From: Anthoceros angustus
Taxonomy: Eukaryota > Plantae > Anthocerotophyta
DNA: 64,000 bases
Reading direction: 5' to 3'
NCBI GenBank assembly: GCA_010909165.1
Contig: MU008207.1
Location: 248,001-312,000 of the forward strand
Positions 37,300 through 48,657 of the stretch are shown one piece after another. The notes beneath the pieces were generated by a model. That model saw nothing but the letters and a program-made list of their open reading frames with translations. It searched no databases and was not told the origin of the DNA. The position numbers were made by a program, and so were the translations under genes. Positions within the stretch are counted from its first letter, which is position 1; each line of letters opens with the position of its first letter.

Positions 37300-38210
37300 T
37301 GGGAGTGAGCAGATCTGGAGAAGCCATGAGCTGAAATGCGAGGCAAACGCTGACCAGCCAGGTAAGGGCATGAAGGTCCATGGCCCGTCCCAAGGCGGCG
37401 ACATTGTCGGGGCCCATGACGTGCGTGCGGGCTGTTGCATGAGTGGGAAAGCCCATGAGGCGTTCCCGTTCCTCTACACTAGGTTCCTCCCATTGCTGGG
37501 TCCTGGTGTTGAGAAGCAATCCGGCGCCCTCTCCTCGATAAGCATAAGAGGGGGAAGCTCACCAAGGTGGGTAAAGTCTGGGCGGCCGGGGTGTTGGTGC
37601 TACCATGGAGGTTCTCGGTGACTGCAGGCGGGCGATGATGCCCATCTAGAACACTGGACAAGCTGAGAGTGGGGTCCCGGGTGGTGAATGCACGAGAACC
37701 AGCTGCAGGAGAGGTTGCGGGGCCAAGTTAATCCACCAATTGCGGCCGGTGAGCATAACTTCCGACTTGGCGACATCCGGCAGAAGGAGCCCCAACATGC
37801 GGTGGGCGGCCATGTCTGGCGCACGGAGCCAAGTATCCAAGCGTGTGGTGTATTCTCCAGCACATAAACAGCAGGCGTGGTCGAATGCACACCAACACTC
37901 GGCCCAAATCCCGAGCGTTGTCCGTCACGCAAACCGCCTCTGTCCCGGCACAGAGAAGCGCCTTGCTCCCAGCCTATCACTATGTCGATGGGAGGCGATG
38001 AGAATATCACGGGTTGAAGGTAGCGGATATCCTGTGGGACGGTACCGACCATGGTCCTAGCGGTGGGAAAGCGTTGCGCGAGACCACAGGAGGCGGCAAT
38101 CTGCTGTTGTTGGACGCTATCACGATACACATAGCGTGCGACCACCAATCCATTGCAATAGGGCTTCGGACACTGCAAAAGGCCGCAAGAGCTCACACTA
38201 CCGGACTTCT
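37300..38210 (-). pseudogene. C5 cytosine DNA methyltransferase domain (Dnmt3-like) embedded in element B pol between protease and RT
   Basis: Motifs in canonical order across frameshifts: I (ELxGGL..EAL..NG, reconstructed ~38.2 kb), II YVYRD, III PQDIR, IV IDIVIGWE-QG.S, V GLRD..RSG, VI YVLENTP, VIII GSYAHR.RNWWINL, IX EERERLMGFP, X LGRAMDL. The catalytic Cys codon is missing as sequenced. Confidence 0.85.
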
Positions 38211-38608
38211 TTGGGCAACGGTGATGGCGGCGATCCACGATCCGTGATGGTTTTCGGTGGGGCCATGCGCGTTGAACTCGAGGCATAACCAGCTGAAGAT
38301 GGTCATTGGTGTTGCCATGGATGACAACCTCCACGGAACGGCTGCGGACAAGCTCGAAAGATTGCGATCCATGGGGGTCCTCCTCCTCGACCTCACGTAT
38401 AGCATGGCCTCGGCAACAGCGAGCCCCTAGGGCTGCCCAGGATCTGCTGAATTTGCCGAGTATGTGAGCGGTGGGGTATGTCCAGGGATGGTGGCGTGGC
38501 ACAGTGTGGTGACCACAAGAACCTGTGGGACAGCCAGCGTGGCTGTGTCAACCTCCACACCTCCATGTAAATCCAGCGGGAAATGGGCAATGTCTGTCAC
38601 ATCGCCAA

Positions 38609-38971
38609 TCAGAGATAGTAAGCGCCACCCATTGTCAACACCGAGGCACAGTGGGAAAGATAATCTTGTCCAAGCAAGACATCATAATTGGTCGCTGTCG
38701 TGACAAGGCAATGAACAGCCAATGTCATGGCAGCAGTTGTTCCCGGCTTCAGCGTGATCAAGATGGGCTGAATGGTTTCCCCACAGACTGGTTCTACAGA
38801 ACCAGTGGCAGTTCGAATGTTCCATGGGGAGCGCCGGAGCGCTGTCCCACTCAAGTGCAACCTGGCTGCCAGCATTTTCCCGATGATCACCGGCTGTGCT
38901 CCCGTATCTAGGAGCACCATCTTGGGGGCATAGCCATTGACTGTGACATGTCCCTCTCGATTGTCCACCAT
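38609..38971 (-). pseudogene. Element B aspartic protease
   Basis: VLLDTGAQPVIIG ... YDVLLGQD. Confidence 0.88.
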
Positions 38972-41369
38972 AGCATTGATCCAGACCTTACCGGTTGGTG
39001 GGCAAAATGCGGAGACGATCGGATCGGATACTCGGGAGTGCGTACTCGGGGTGCATACTCGGGAGTAGCGAGCACGTTGAGAGGCATATGCCGCACCATC
39101 CCTCCATCCTCGGATGCACCACTATTCTTGAGTCGTGATCGGTGAGGAAGCTATCCCGGGCACATAACTCTTTGCAATTGAGTTGATCCCATGTCTCGTA
39201 AAGAAAACAAGGGTAACTCGGAAAATTTCTCAACCAAGATTTGTAGTGAGGGCGATGGACGAGGCGTAGGACCCCTGCTGCATGCCTCGCCTTTGTGAAG
39301 GCTGCCACCATATGATCAACTAGGGAGGTCCACACGAATGGGATGGCCACTCCGTGCGGAGGAGCGAATGATCGAGGTATGGCTGCCCTTGCCCTCGCAC
39401 GTGTCTCGGTCCAGCACATCTACCTCCACATCCAGATGATGATGTGTCGAAGGTCGCATCCTACCCCCATGTGGGTAGGCCCTTGGACATGTCCAATGCC
39501 TCCAAGGTGGCTAGTGCATGCCTCATGGGGAGACCGTAGTCTTCTCCAGCCTCTTCACAGCGAGGATTAGTGTAGCTATCCTGGCGGCTTGAGACACACA
39601 GTTCTTGGCAGCAAGGGAGGCGCTAATGCCCCAGGTGGTGGTGAGGGCAGGCTTCAAGTGAGGCAACCTCTCGGCATTGGTGCGCTCTTGGCCTTGGTCT
39701 TCCTCATTTGTTTGCCCGCGCAAAAGGCAATAAGGCTGTCGCATCCCCAGCGGCTGTGTGCTCAATTTTGTGCCTCCCCTTTGACCGGCTCGGGTGTTTT
39801 GAAACACATTGTCACCAAAGTGCCCTATCTTGTGGCAATGGGTGCGGAAAGCCCTCGGTGGGGCACTTGCATGGGGCGAGATGCTCGGACTTCCACATCG
39901 ATTGCACGAGGCTTCCGGCGTTCTTGCAGCCCTGCCTTAGCTGGCCAGCCGGGGCCGCCTTGCGATCCTGTACTCCCACTTCCTCGTTCCTTTTCTTTGG
40001 TGAACATGCTTTGATAGTGAGAAAAAGGCCTTGAGTGGCGGGAGGCATCACAGAGAGGCAATCTCATGCGCTCTTCTTCATGTTCAAAGTATAGCATCAC
40101 CATACTTATCCACTAGAGAAGTGATGAGCTGAAAATGGAACAAGGAGTCCCCTCCAAGTCGTCAAAATTTCTCTGCCGCCTCCGATCTATCGGCATGCTT
40201 ACCTTCACGCTTTTGCAACCTCAGAAAAGTCATCTCAGCTCTCCTTTCTTGCGTGCAAAGGATGCAAGCTCTGCAATTTTTCAGAGTCTTGATGAAGGCT
40301 TTCTCGAATCCCCATGAACACCTCCACCGGATTGGTGTGCTTAGGTGTCGAATGTGCTCATCCACCCCACTGGCCGCCAACCTCTTTTGCAGTCAAGCTA
40401 ACAACCGTAGGTGGTTGTACGATGAGTCGGCAGTTCGGCGGCAATGCTGCTTTGGTGAGCATTGATTGCCGTGGCCGCTGGCATTGTAAAGCGCAAGGCA
40501 CTCGAAAAGAGGATTAGGCGTAGCCACCGAGATCCACTGCGCCTCGCCTCATACAGGTCCAAAGCCTCATACGCTAGGTACCCAGCGCTCAAACATGTAT
40601 AAATGATTGTATCAGAACCATGTTTGAACTTCACTCGGTGATCATGCCATTGATAAGCGACTTGAAATCTACATGATATGCAGTACGGCCTTCCGAGAAT
40701 CTCTCATGTCGTATGATGGTCCTCCTCCCTCCATGGTGTCTGAATCCCCTGAATAATCTGGGCCACATCCGGTCTTGTCGGGGGGTATCCAGTCTGTATT
40801 CTGGGGTTGTCCGGGAAGAGATGCTCTAGCGTATTGGATGCTCTTGCTGCAGTTCTGAATCAGAATTGCTTGACGCCCCAAGCGAAATTTGCAGTGACAA
40901 GGGTGACCAATTAGCTGCAGGACTTGTGGCTTGCTGAGGTGTTGGAGGGCGAATGCTGTCCTCAACGTCCTTCTGCCACTGCTGCTGCCTCCTGGCTGCC
41001 CACCTCCTCCTTGCCCGCACTCGCTCAGGAGTAATCCTGCTGGGAATGTCCCGGGTTCGAAGTCGGTAGCGTGGGCTGGTCTCACTCTCGTCTGGGTGCA
41101 TCACCCACGAAAGCCAACATGAAGGTGGTCAGCTCTCCGCACAAGTCAGCAACACACAAATCCCTCCTTGAATTGATAACAAGGTGCACGGGAATCAGTG
41201 CCCTTCAACCTAAAATTCACCCAAAAGGATCCGAATGGGAATGTAACAAGCAGAATCCACGCCGAAATGAAAACACGGATGGAATCCTCAACAGCAATCA
41301 CCCTCAGGTCACAGGCGGGGACAACAGACTTGAATATTTGTTGTCCTGTCGGACCTACCTACAACTACC

Positions 41370-42160
41370 ATGACCCATGTCTTTGGGCCATCTTAATGGC
41401 TTCTCGGCATAGATGCTTGGCGGTTCGCTGTCTCTCCCCTAGGCTCCATGCTTCCAAGAGAGGTTGTTGAAGTGAACAAGTGGACAGCATTGCTTGCGAC
41501 ATCTTGTCGGCATTGAAGAGGATCATGATTTCGAGAAAGTTGGAAAATCACACCCACACGCATCCGTTGCTCAAAAACACGCTCTAAATCTAAGCTTCCA
41601 TTCAAGATTGCATTCCAGTTATGTTTTCCGCAAGAAGGGTCTTGGCATTGCTCCCCTATCGCGGCGCTCACGGTAGCGACTTCAACAATGCACAACTAAT
41701 CCTCCACTTATCTTTGCTCCAGTAGCGCCATCTTCACCTTGCGCCTTCCGATACGTTGCGCACCTCTCGGCCGTTTCGACCCTTTCCATCGTGCAGGGCA
41801 TCCGCCCTTGGCGCCCTTCTCCCACGTTTTTGCGGCCTAGCCTAACTGAGGGTTTTCAACCGTCCTCTAACTTAGGTTTGCAACTAACATGCTTATTTAG
41901 CATGTCTACTTGAGCGATAATGAGCTGATCACTTATGTCCTAAAATAGGGAATTTCTATACTAGCATAATGCAAATATCCATACTAGAATATTGTGTCCA
42001 TATGCTCCTTTCATTGATAAACACTCTTCCTTACCTCGAGTCGTCCGCCCGTTCAATTGTAGGTGGAGACGGGTCCAGGTATCGGAATTGGGGCATCCCG
42101 AGTATACTAAATCGTGGAGATTCTCCGGGTATGTCCCACACAGTCTTGTCTTTCATGACA
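41370..42160 (-). repeat. 5' LTR of element B
   Basis: Starts TGTCATGAAAGAC on the minus strand, the same terminus as the copy at 59784 (+). Inner boundary approximate. Confidence 0.75.
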
Positions 42161-44000
42161 TGAGTCGCGTGTCCGCCTTGACTCTTCCAGCGCTCCGCCC
42201 ACGCCCGGTGGCGGTCGAGCCACCTCCGGGTCCTGTCGGATCTCTTCCTGAAGCATCTCCGCCACTTCTCGAACCACATCCGGTGGGAACTGAGGTGTTG
42301 CCATGGGTGAGTCCGTTTCCTCTTCTAACGTTTCCGGGGGTTTCTGGCCGGTTGCTTCTTCTGGCAGAGCTGCCCGATTCAACTCGCCTTCCTTGGCTGG
42401 ATCTCCCTCCTTGTTGTCCGTCCCTCCAGTGTCCGTTGGACTCTCCCCATTTTCTTCCTCTTAACTGTCTCCTCTCCTTTTGCTCCTTGTGACCGGGTTG
42501 ACACTTCAGTACCTCGAGTCTACCTTCTCCTCCTTAGCGAACTCGCCGTACCACTCCGTTCCCAAGTTCCTTGGCGCCTCTTCCTCACTTGATGCATCTT
42601 CAATCAGTGATCTTAGGGAGGCGTGGCGGTCGTGGCTCCCCCGGGGGTGGCGTAGCGCACCTCTCGAGCGAGGTTCGGACACAAGAGTCTTGCCATGCCT
42701 GCACGCTTACAATCTCCACAGGCGTTCAAAGTCCGTTGCCTAGTGGGGTATGGACAGCGTTGGGTAGTGCGGGGTTCCCAGTTCAGCAGACTGCCGAGGA
42801 ATTCTGGAGGGGCTCCATGCGGTCTTTGCATCGGTCGTCGATGCAGATGGACCAGGCTAGTGGGGTACGTCTTGGGATCAGCGGGTGGTGCTTCTTGCAC
42901 TTGGTATCGTCCTCCACTTGCTCCTCGGACTCTTCCCGTAGTCGTACTCCACGGTTCCACGGTGCGGAGGCGATTAGCCTTGAATGCCCATGTTGGTGGC
43001 ACCGCACACCATAGATGAGTCCGAACCGTGGTGGCGCCTTCCGTTCTCTATCCTTCACGGTTGATCGTCAACTCCTCCACCCTCTTCATTACCGTTCCGG
43101 ATCTTCCCTCAACCCGCTACTTTTCAAAGGGGTCGGCGGGACCTCTCGTGCGGGCATCATAACCTCCTTCTTCTCAACCCTCACTTGACTACGGGCTTTT
43201 CTTCTTATTCCTTGGAGTTCTTCCTCTTCCATGGCATCCTCAGTTCTTCTTGAGTCTCTTCCTCTTCCTCCGATGCTACCTCGGTTTCATCATCCTCCTC
43301 TTGGGGTTCTTCATCTTGATTCCGACCCCGTTTCTTCTTTTCTTCTTTCCTCTGGGCGTCCTCGGCCGTCGTTGGTGCATCGATTCTTCATAGTTCTCCG
43401 CTCGGACCCCTTGCTCACATCCTTCTCGTGACACGTGTAGCCATTGGCTTGGGTAAGCCAGTGCGAACCAACGTACCGCTTTGCATGGTGGTGTGGGTGG
43501 GATCGGTCCGGCGTAGAACCGTTCGATGTACGATCCCAACTTCTCCGTCTTGCCTCGCTTCAGGTTCTCGAGTTTGGACAGGACGTAGCCTTCTTGATCA
43601 ATTCCACGGAATCTTTCCAAGAAGGCATCCTTCAATGCTTCGAAGGTCGCAGGGGGAGCGTTCTGGGGCGGCCGGTACTTCCTCCGGTACCACTGAGCCG
43701 CTGTTCCCCGAAGGACCCCTTGGAACAGCTGGATAAGCTGCGCATCCGAACCTTCTCCGTTGAAGTTTGCCCGAGACACGAAATCCTCCACGAAGGTTTC
43801 AGCGTCTCTCTCCTTCTTACCTCCAAGAGAATCGCTTGCTTGTTCGTTGTTGCCATCGCGCGACCGGCAGGGTTGAGAACCGCTCCCCTTACGCGCTGAC
43901 TTGGTGCTACTTCCTCCGATCCGACAAGTCCATCGTGCTTTCTTCGTTGGGTTCTCACGTTGAGCTCCTCTCACGTGCTGCGCTCGAGGCGCTGGCGGTC
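42161..44000 (-). pseudogene. Element A gag
   Basis: DAETFVEDFVSRANFNG..LFQGVLRGTAAQWY...FEALKDAFLERF...LKRGKTEKLGSYIERF (Retrotrans_gag-like). FPPDVVREVAEMLQEE is homologous to the gag at 57.3 kb. Confidence 0.85.
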
Positions 44001-44102
44001 CCAACGTCCGACACTCGGCAACTCGTTCTTGACTACCTCGTCCTCCGCATCCACACCCCTTCCTACTAGGCTGGAGCGATCTCATTCCCAGCAGCGCCAA
44101 AA

Positions 44103-44873
44103 TGTGGCGCGACTTTCTGGCCGGCGCGCACAATCCGTGTCGTTGTAGTAAGGAGTCCTCCCAAAGGAATGATAGGCTCCGTTTGCGTTTCAATCGATTC
44201 TCACCTCACTTTGTGATTCGGCCACACACACATAGTCATTTTAACTACGCAAATAGCGTCCGAAACAGTGTGGCCAAGCGTTTGAGACCCGTTCGTCTGG
44301 TTCACGCTCGTCACTTTCCTCTAGTCCGTTCCTCTCGCCACTCTTTACACTCATCAACTTGGAAAGCACAGATCCGGACCTCCTCCGTCGTTCTGCGGGC
44401 CTCTCGTCCGACTCTGCGCCCCCGGAGTTCCTCCGGCTCACCGCGTTCGGTCCGTTCGGCTGGGCGGCTGCAGCGAACAAGGGTCCCCGATCGCCCTTCC
44501 ACCACACACACACGTTAGGGTCCGTCACGGGACCTTGATATCTCCGGGTCGTGCACCTTTCTGACTCGGGACTCACGTTAGCAGAAGACGCACAAGTGCA
44601 CAAGGCAGCGGCATCAACACCAAGAAGATGATTTACTCGGGCGCCCCTCTTATACTCGCGAAGGTCGCGCCTTTATTACACCTCTATTACGGTGAGGGCC
44701 GGCTCGATTGTGCCCGCGCCTATCCTCCCTATTCCTCCTATCTCCGTCGGTGGTGGTGGGATAGATTCCTTCTTGGCAGCCCAGGGGCACATTGCAGGCG
44801 CGCAATCGGATGATCGCGGTAGGGACCTTCCTCTCCCAGAGTGCAGCCGTGCGCCCGTGGCGTGACGGCACCA
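44103..44873 (-). repeat. LTR of element A (5' LTR, also preceded by a 3'-internal copy)
   Basis: Collinear with 12568-13422; followed on the minus strand by TTT and a TGG-starting PBS candidate. Confidence 0.78.
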
Positions 44874-46795
44874 CTAAGTCCTCCTCCCCTCCTCTCTTAT
44901 CTCTCTGGCGGGCCCCTGCAATGGGCCTCAAGGCTGGATCTATGGGGCGGTGATTGGTGGCTCTCCCCACTCCCAGTGGACCTCGGGACCCCGTCTCGAC
45001 TCCCGGTGGGACCTCTAGGTCAGTCTTCCCTCTGAGGTCGGTCTCCGGCCTTCTTTTACGGAGTTCGGACCTCGGGGTCGGACTTGCCTCTGGGGTCCGG
45101 TCTTGGACCCACCCTTCCCAGGTCAGGACCTCGAGGTCCGTCGTCACTAGAGTCTGGATCTCTAAGTCCGGACTTCCTTGAGGGACTTGGGCGGCCTTTC
45201 CTCGAGTCCGGACAAAGTCCGGACCACGACTCTGGTTACGCCTCCTCACGGGCGATCACGGGCTCATCCAGCCCTCCCTTGGTTCCGAATGCCCGGTTGC
45301 GCCCTTTCGGCCTCCCGGTTCTCCTCCCTTCCTTCCATGAGGGTGAGTGCTTACCTCCGGTGTGACCCTTTCTCCCCACCGGCTCCTCCCGGCTCTCCCT
45401 CGCCGCTGCTGCGTCATCAAGCAGGCGCTCCTAGGGCCCGTGGCTGCTTGTGTCCCAGTCCTCCTCCCTCCCTCCTCCTTCCGACCCTTACGGAAGTCCG
45501 CCTCCACCTGGGGTGGCGCGGGACCTCAGGCCTTGAGCTCGCGTGGTAGTAGGAAGTCGGAATCGACTTGTTGAATCGCCTCCTCCACATGAGCCGGGCA
45601 CGGTACTCCCTCCTCCGGTGCTCGGCTGGGCATGTCGTCGGCCTGGCGGCCCGTCTCGTGGCCAAGCTTACCGGTATGAGGCGGACTCCCTTGATGCCGT
45701 CAAGGCGGCCTCCGTCACCTCCTGCAGCCTTCGCTGCTACTCGACGTTCTCCTCCTCCCGTCGTTGTTCCGGCTCACGCCCGGTTGCGGGCCATGGAGGT
45801 GAGCTCCCCTTGCTTCACCTGGCCGGAGAGGTTGCTTCTCCTCCAGTGCTTTCTTCCCTCCGTTTATTCCGAGGTCGCCACTTCCTTCTCCAGGCGGGCG
45901 GTATCCCGTCAAACTCACGGCTTCCTCCACCTCCTGCTGCGGCGCGGCGTCGAACTCCTTGCAGGTCGCCTATTCTCCTCCGTCTTCAAGCGGAGCTGGA
46001 GGCGTTCTATCTCTCGAAGTCTTGGATTCTCTCGTTGAGAACCCCTAGCTCCGTCGTCTTGGGTTGCTCAAGGTATCCTTCTCCTCCGGCTCCTGCCGCC
46101 CTTCTACCTCCTGCTGCACCAAGGTCCCCGATCTCGGTGCGACCTCCAGCCTCCTCCTCACGGCTCGGCCGTGCTTGCTCACTTGCTGCCGGCCTTGTTG
46201 GCTGCTACCCGTCTCTCCCTCCGGTTCCGATCACGTCGATGGTGATCCCGTCGACCTATGGCTTCCGCCTGTGCTTCATTTGAGCCTCGTGAGTCTGTTG
46301 GGCGGCGGGCCGCCTCAGCCAGGTCGCGAGCCCTCTCCGCCTCCTGCTGCGCCTCCCTCCTTCGTTGGCAGAGATCCTCAGCCCGTGCTTGGGCCTCACT
46401 GCACACTTGGCTCACCCGGTGAAGAAACTTAGTCCGGTCCTGTCGAATGGACCAGACTTCCCTTCGGCCTCCCGGCGCTTCCCCTCCTCGATGCGGCCGA
46501 GAGCTTCTGCCTTCCTCCTCGCCTCCTGGGCCGCCTCCATCTGCTCCCGGAGGAGCACCATCGCCTCCTTGTGGCTTCCACCTCCACAGGTCTTCTCGTC
46601 CAGAGACCCCAGGCATACCCTCCATGGTAGCCGGACCGTGTCTCTTCCACGGCGCCACTAGTGAGGCCCCAAGAAGTCCGTTGGGCGGGCATCTCGGTCC
46701 AGGACCTCCATGATCCGAGCGAGTCCCGTGGGCTCTCCGGACCTAATCAGGACCCTTAGGTCCTGAGTGCCGAGGTCCAGAGCCTCACCTTCTAC
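44874..46795 (-). mobile_element. Second copy of the element A 3' internal region (PPT and E/R-rich extra ORF), without the Copia insertion
   Basis: Collinear with 14548-16203 plus 23702-23940. Confidence 0.85.
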
Positions 46796-48264
46796 CTTGA
46801 TATCTGGGTATGCGCAGCAAGGACTCGGCCAAGATGCGCTTGTTCTGTATGGACGAATGGAACAAGAGGGCCTCATTTTGGCAGACCATGTTACTTTTGC
46901 TTGCCTTCTAAAGGCCTGTGCAAGTACTTGTAGCTTACAGGAGGGCAGGCAGCTGCACTCGCAGATTGTTGAAAGAGGATTGTTGAACGCACTCGTGGGC
47001 ACCTGCGTGGTGGACATGTATGCGAAATATGGTGAACTGGGAGTCGCGCACCAGGTTGTTGATTGCTTGGCCACAAAGGATGTGGTGACATGGCATGGGG
47101 ATTGATTTGGGTATGCACAGGGCCAAGAGGCGCTTGTTTGTATGGACAAATGGAGCAAGAAGGGCTCATTTTGGCTGACCATACTTTTGCTTGCCTTCTG
47201 AAGGCCAAGCACTGGTGCCTTACAGGCAGCTGCACTCACAGATTGTGGAAAGGGACTGCTGGATAACGTGGTGTTGGGCACCTGCCTGGTGGACATGTAT
47301 GCAAAATGTGGTGAACTGGAAGATGCACGCCAGGTTTTTGACAGCATGAACACAAAGGAATGTGGTGACATGGAATGCCCTGATATCTGGTATGGTACTG
47401 TGTGATGATGGTCACAGAGCACTAGCTTGTTTTGAGGAGATGTTAGTTGCCGGTATTCAGCCTGATGACTACTTGCCTTCTAGTAGCATGCAGTCATGAG
47501 GGACTGGTCCACGAGGGTCGCAAGCACTTTGATTCCATGGCTGAACAGCATGGCATCAAACCTACTTGAGCATTACAATTGCATGATTGATCTTCTAGGG
47601 CGTGCAGGCCATTTAGATGAGGCTGAGAAGGTGATCTTATCATGCGAAGGCCAGACTGATGTCGTGGGATGGACGACTTGTTGAATGCCTGCAAAAGTCA
47701 TGGGATATAGAGAGGGCGATGTGGTGTTTTGAAAGCATTGTTAGGCTGGAACCCCAGGATGCGCCCGCTTATGTGCTCATGGCGAAAGCCTATGCAGATG
47801 CAGGTAGGTGGACTGCTGTAGACACGATTGAAACACGGAGAATGGTAGCAGGAGCCAGCAAGAAACCTGCAGTGGCGACCATTGAGGTGAAGAAGCAGGT
47901 ACATACATTTGCGGTGGGAGAAAGCAGAGATGATATTGCGGTTAAGGCAGATAGCACAAACGCACGCCTCAAGCAGGAAGGGGGCCACATTCCTCACACA
48001 AACTTGGTGTTGAAGCCAGTCTGTGAGAAGGAAAAGGAAGATGTGCTTTGTGGGCATGCTGAGAAACTAGCTCTGGCGTTTGGTCTCTTGAACACTCCGA
48101 GTGGCATACCTATGGTGGTAACGAAGAATCTACGCATGTGCAGTGACTGCCACAGTTCCACGGAGATCATGTCCAGGCTTGAACAAAGAGACATTGTTGT
48201 AAGGGATGGGTACCGTCTGCATCGATTCGCACATGGCTGTTGCAGCTATAAGGGTCGAGCGTGA
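46796..48264 (+). pseudogene. 5'-truncated GRP-type DYW:KP PPR paralog (ends CSYKGRA)
   Basis: Starts mid-P-motif (LISGYAQQGLGQDAL) at the TE junction. Has [17 protein letters not shown] and CSDCH; frameshifts; terminal Cys->Tyr. Confidence 0.88.
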
Positions 48265-48657
48265 GGATAGTGAAGGGAGGAGTACTCAGTGCACGCGAGA
48301 GAATATTCCGTTTTCCTGTTGTGGGTTGTAACCCCAGCCCTGTCCAAATTGGGACGCGGTCATGGATGGCTGGACCACTGATCCAGCTCTCGTTGAACGG
48401 ATTTCGCCTCTATTCTGGAAAGACATTTTAGATGGAGCTCATGAATAGGTAGGTAGACATTCACACCTAAAAGAGAAGGTTCGTTAGAGCGTTTTCAACA
48501 CTTGTACCCTGTGCAAAGCTTCGAAATTATAACGTGCTATTTTTTCTGGGTACCTGTCCAACAGAAAACCAGTGCACCATCCTTCAGTGGTGGCACAGTT
48601 CCTGGGCATTCTGCCTTAGTATGTTTTGACTCACCTTCCGACAGCGGGCCTTAGTCG

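Larger units (their letters stand above)
28904..42160 (-). mobile_element. 13.3-kb composite insertion in the gag-pol of element A, containing Gypsy element B
   Basis: Minus-strand ends TGTC...GACA, flanked by duplicated TGAG(T) at 28900-28904 and 42161-42165. Removing it joins ...ESRRTRDS to MKEPPTAFQGG... in frame. Confidence 0.75.
12568..44873 (-). mobile_element. Large Ty3/Gypsy LTR retrotransposon A, interrupted by nested insertions
   Basis: Homologous LTRs at 12568-13422 and 44103-44873. On the minus strand: candidate PBS (TGGCGCTGCTGGG, 44099-44087), gag 44.0-42.2 kb, protease/RT/RNase H/integrase 28.9-25.5 kb, extra 3' region, and a purine tract next to the 3' LTR. Confidence 0.8.

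Noticed and set aside
44085-44099. Assigning a specific tRNA to the element A PBS
   Set aside because: TGGCGCTGCTGGG could not be matched confidently to a tRNA 3' end without a search.
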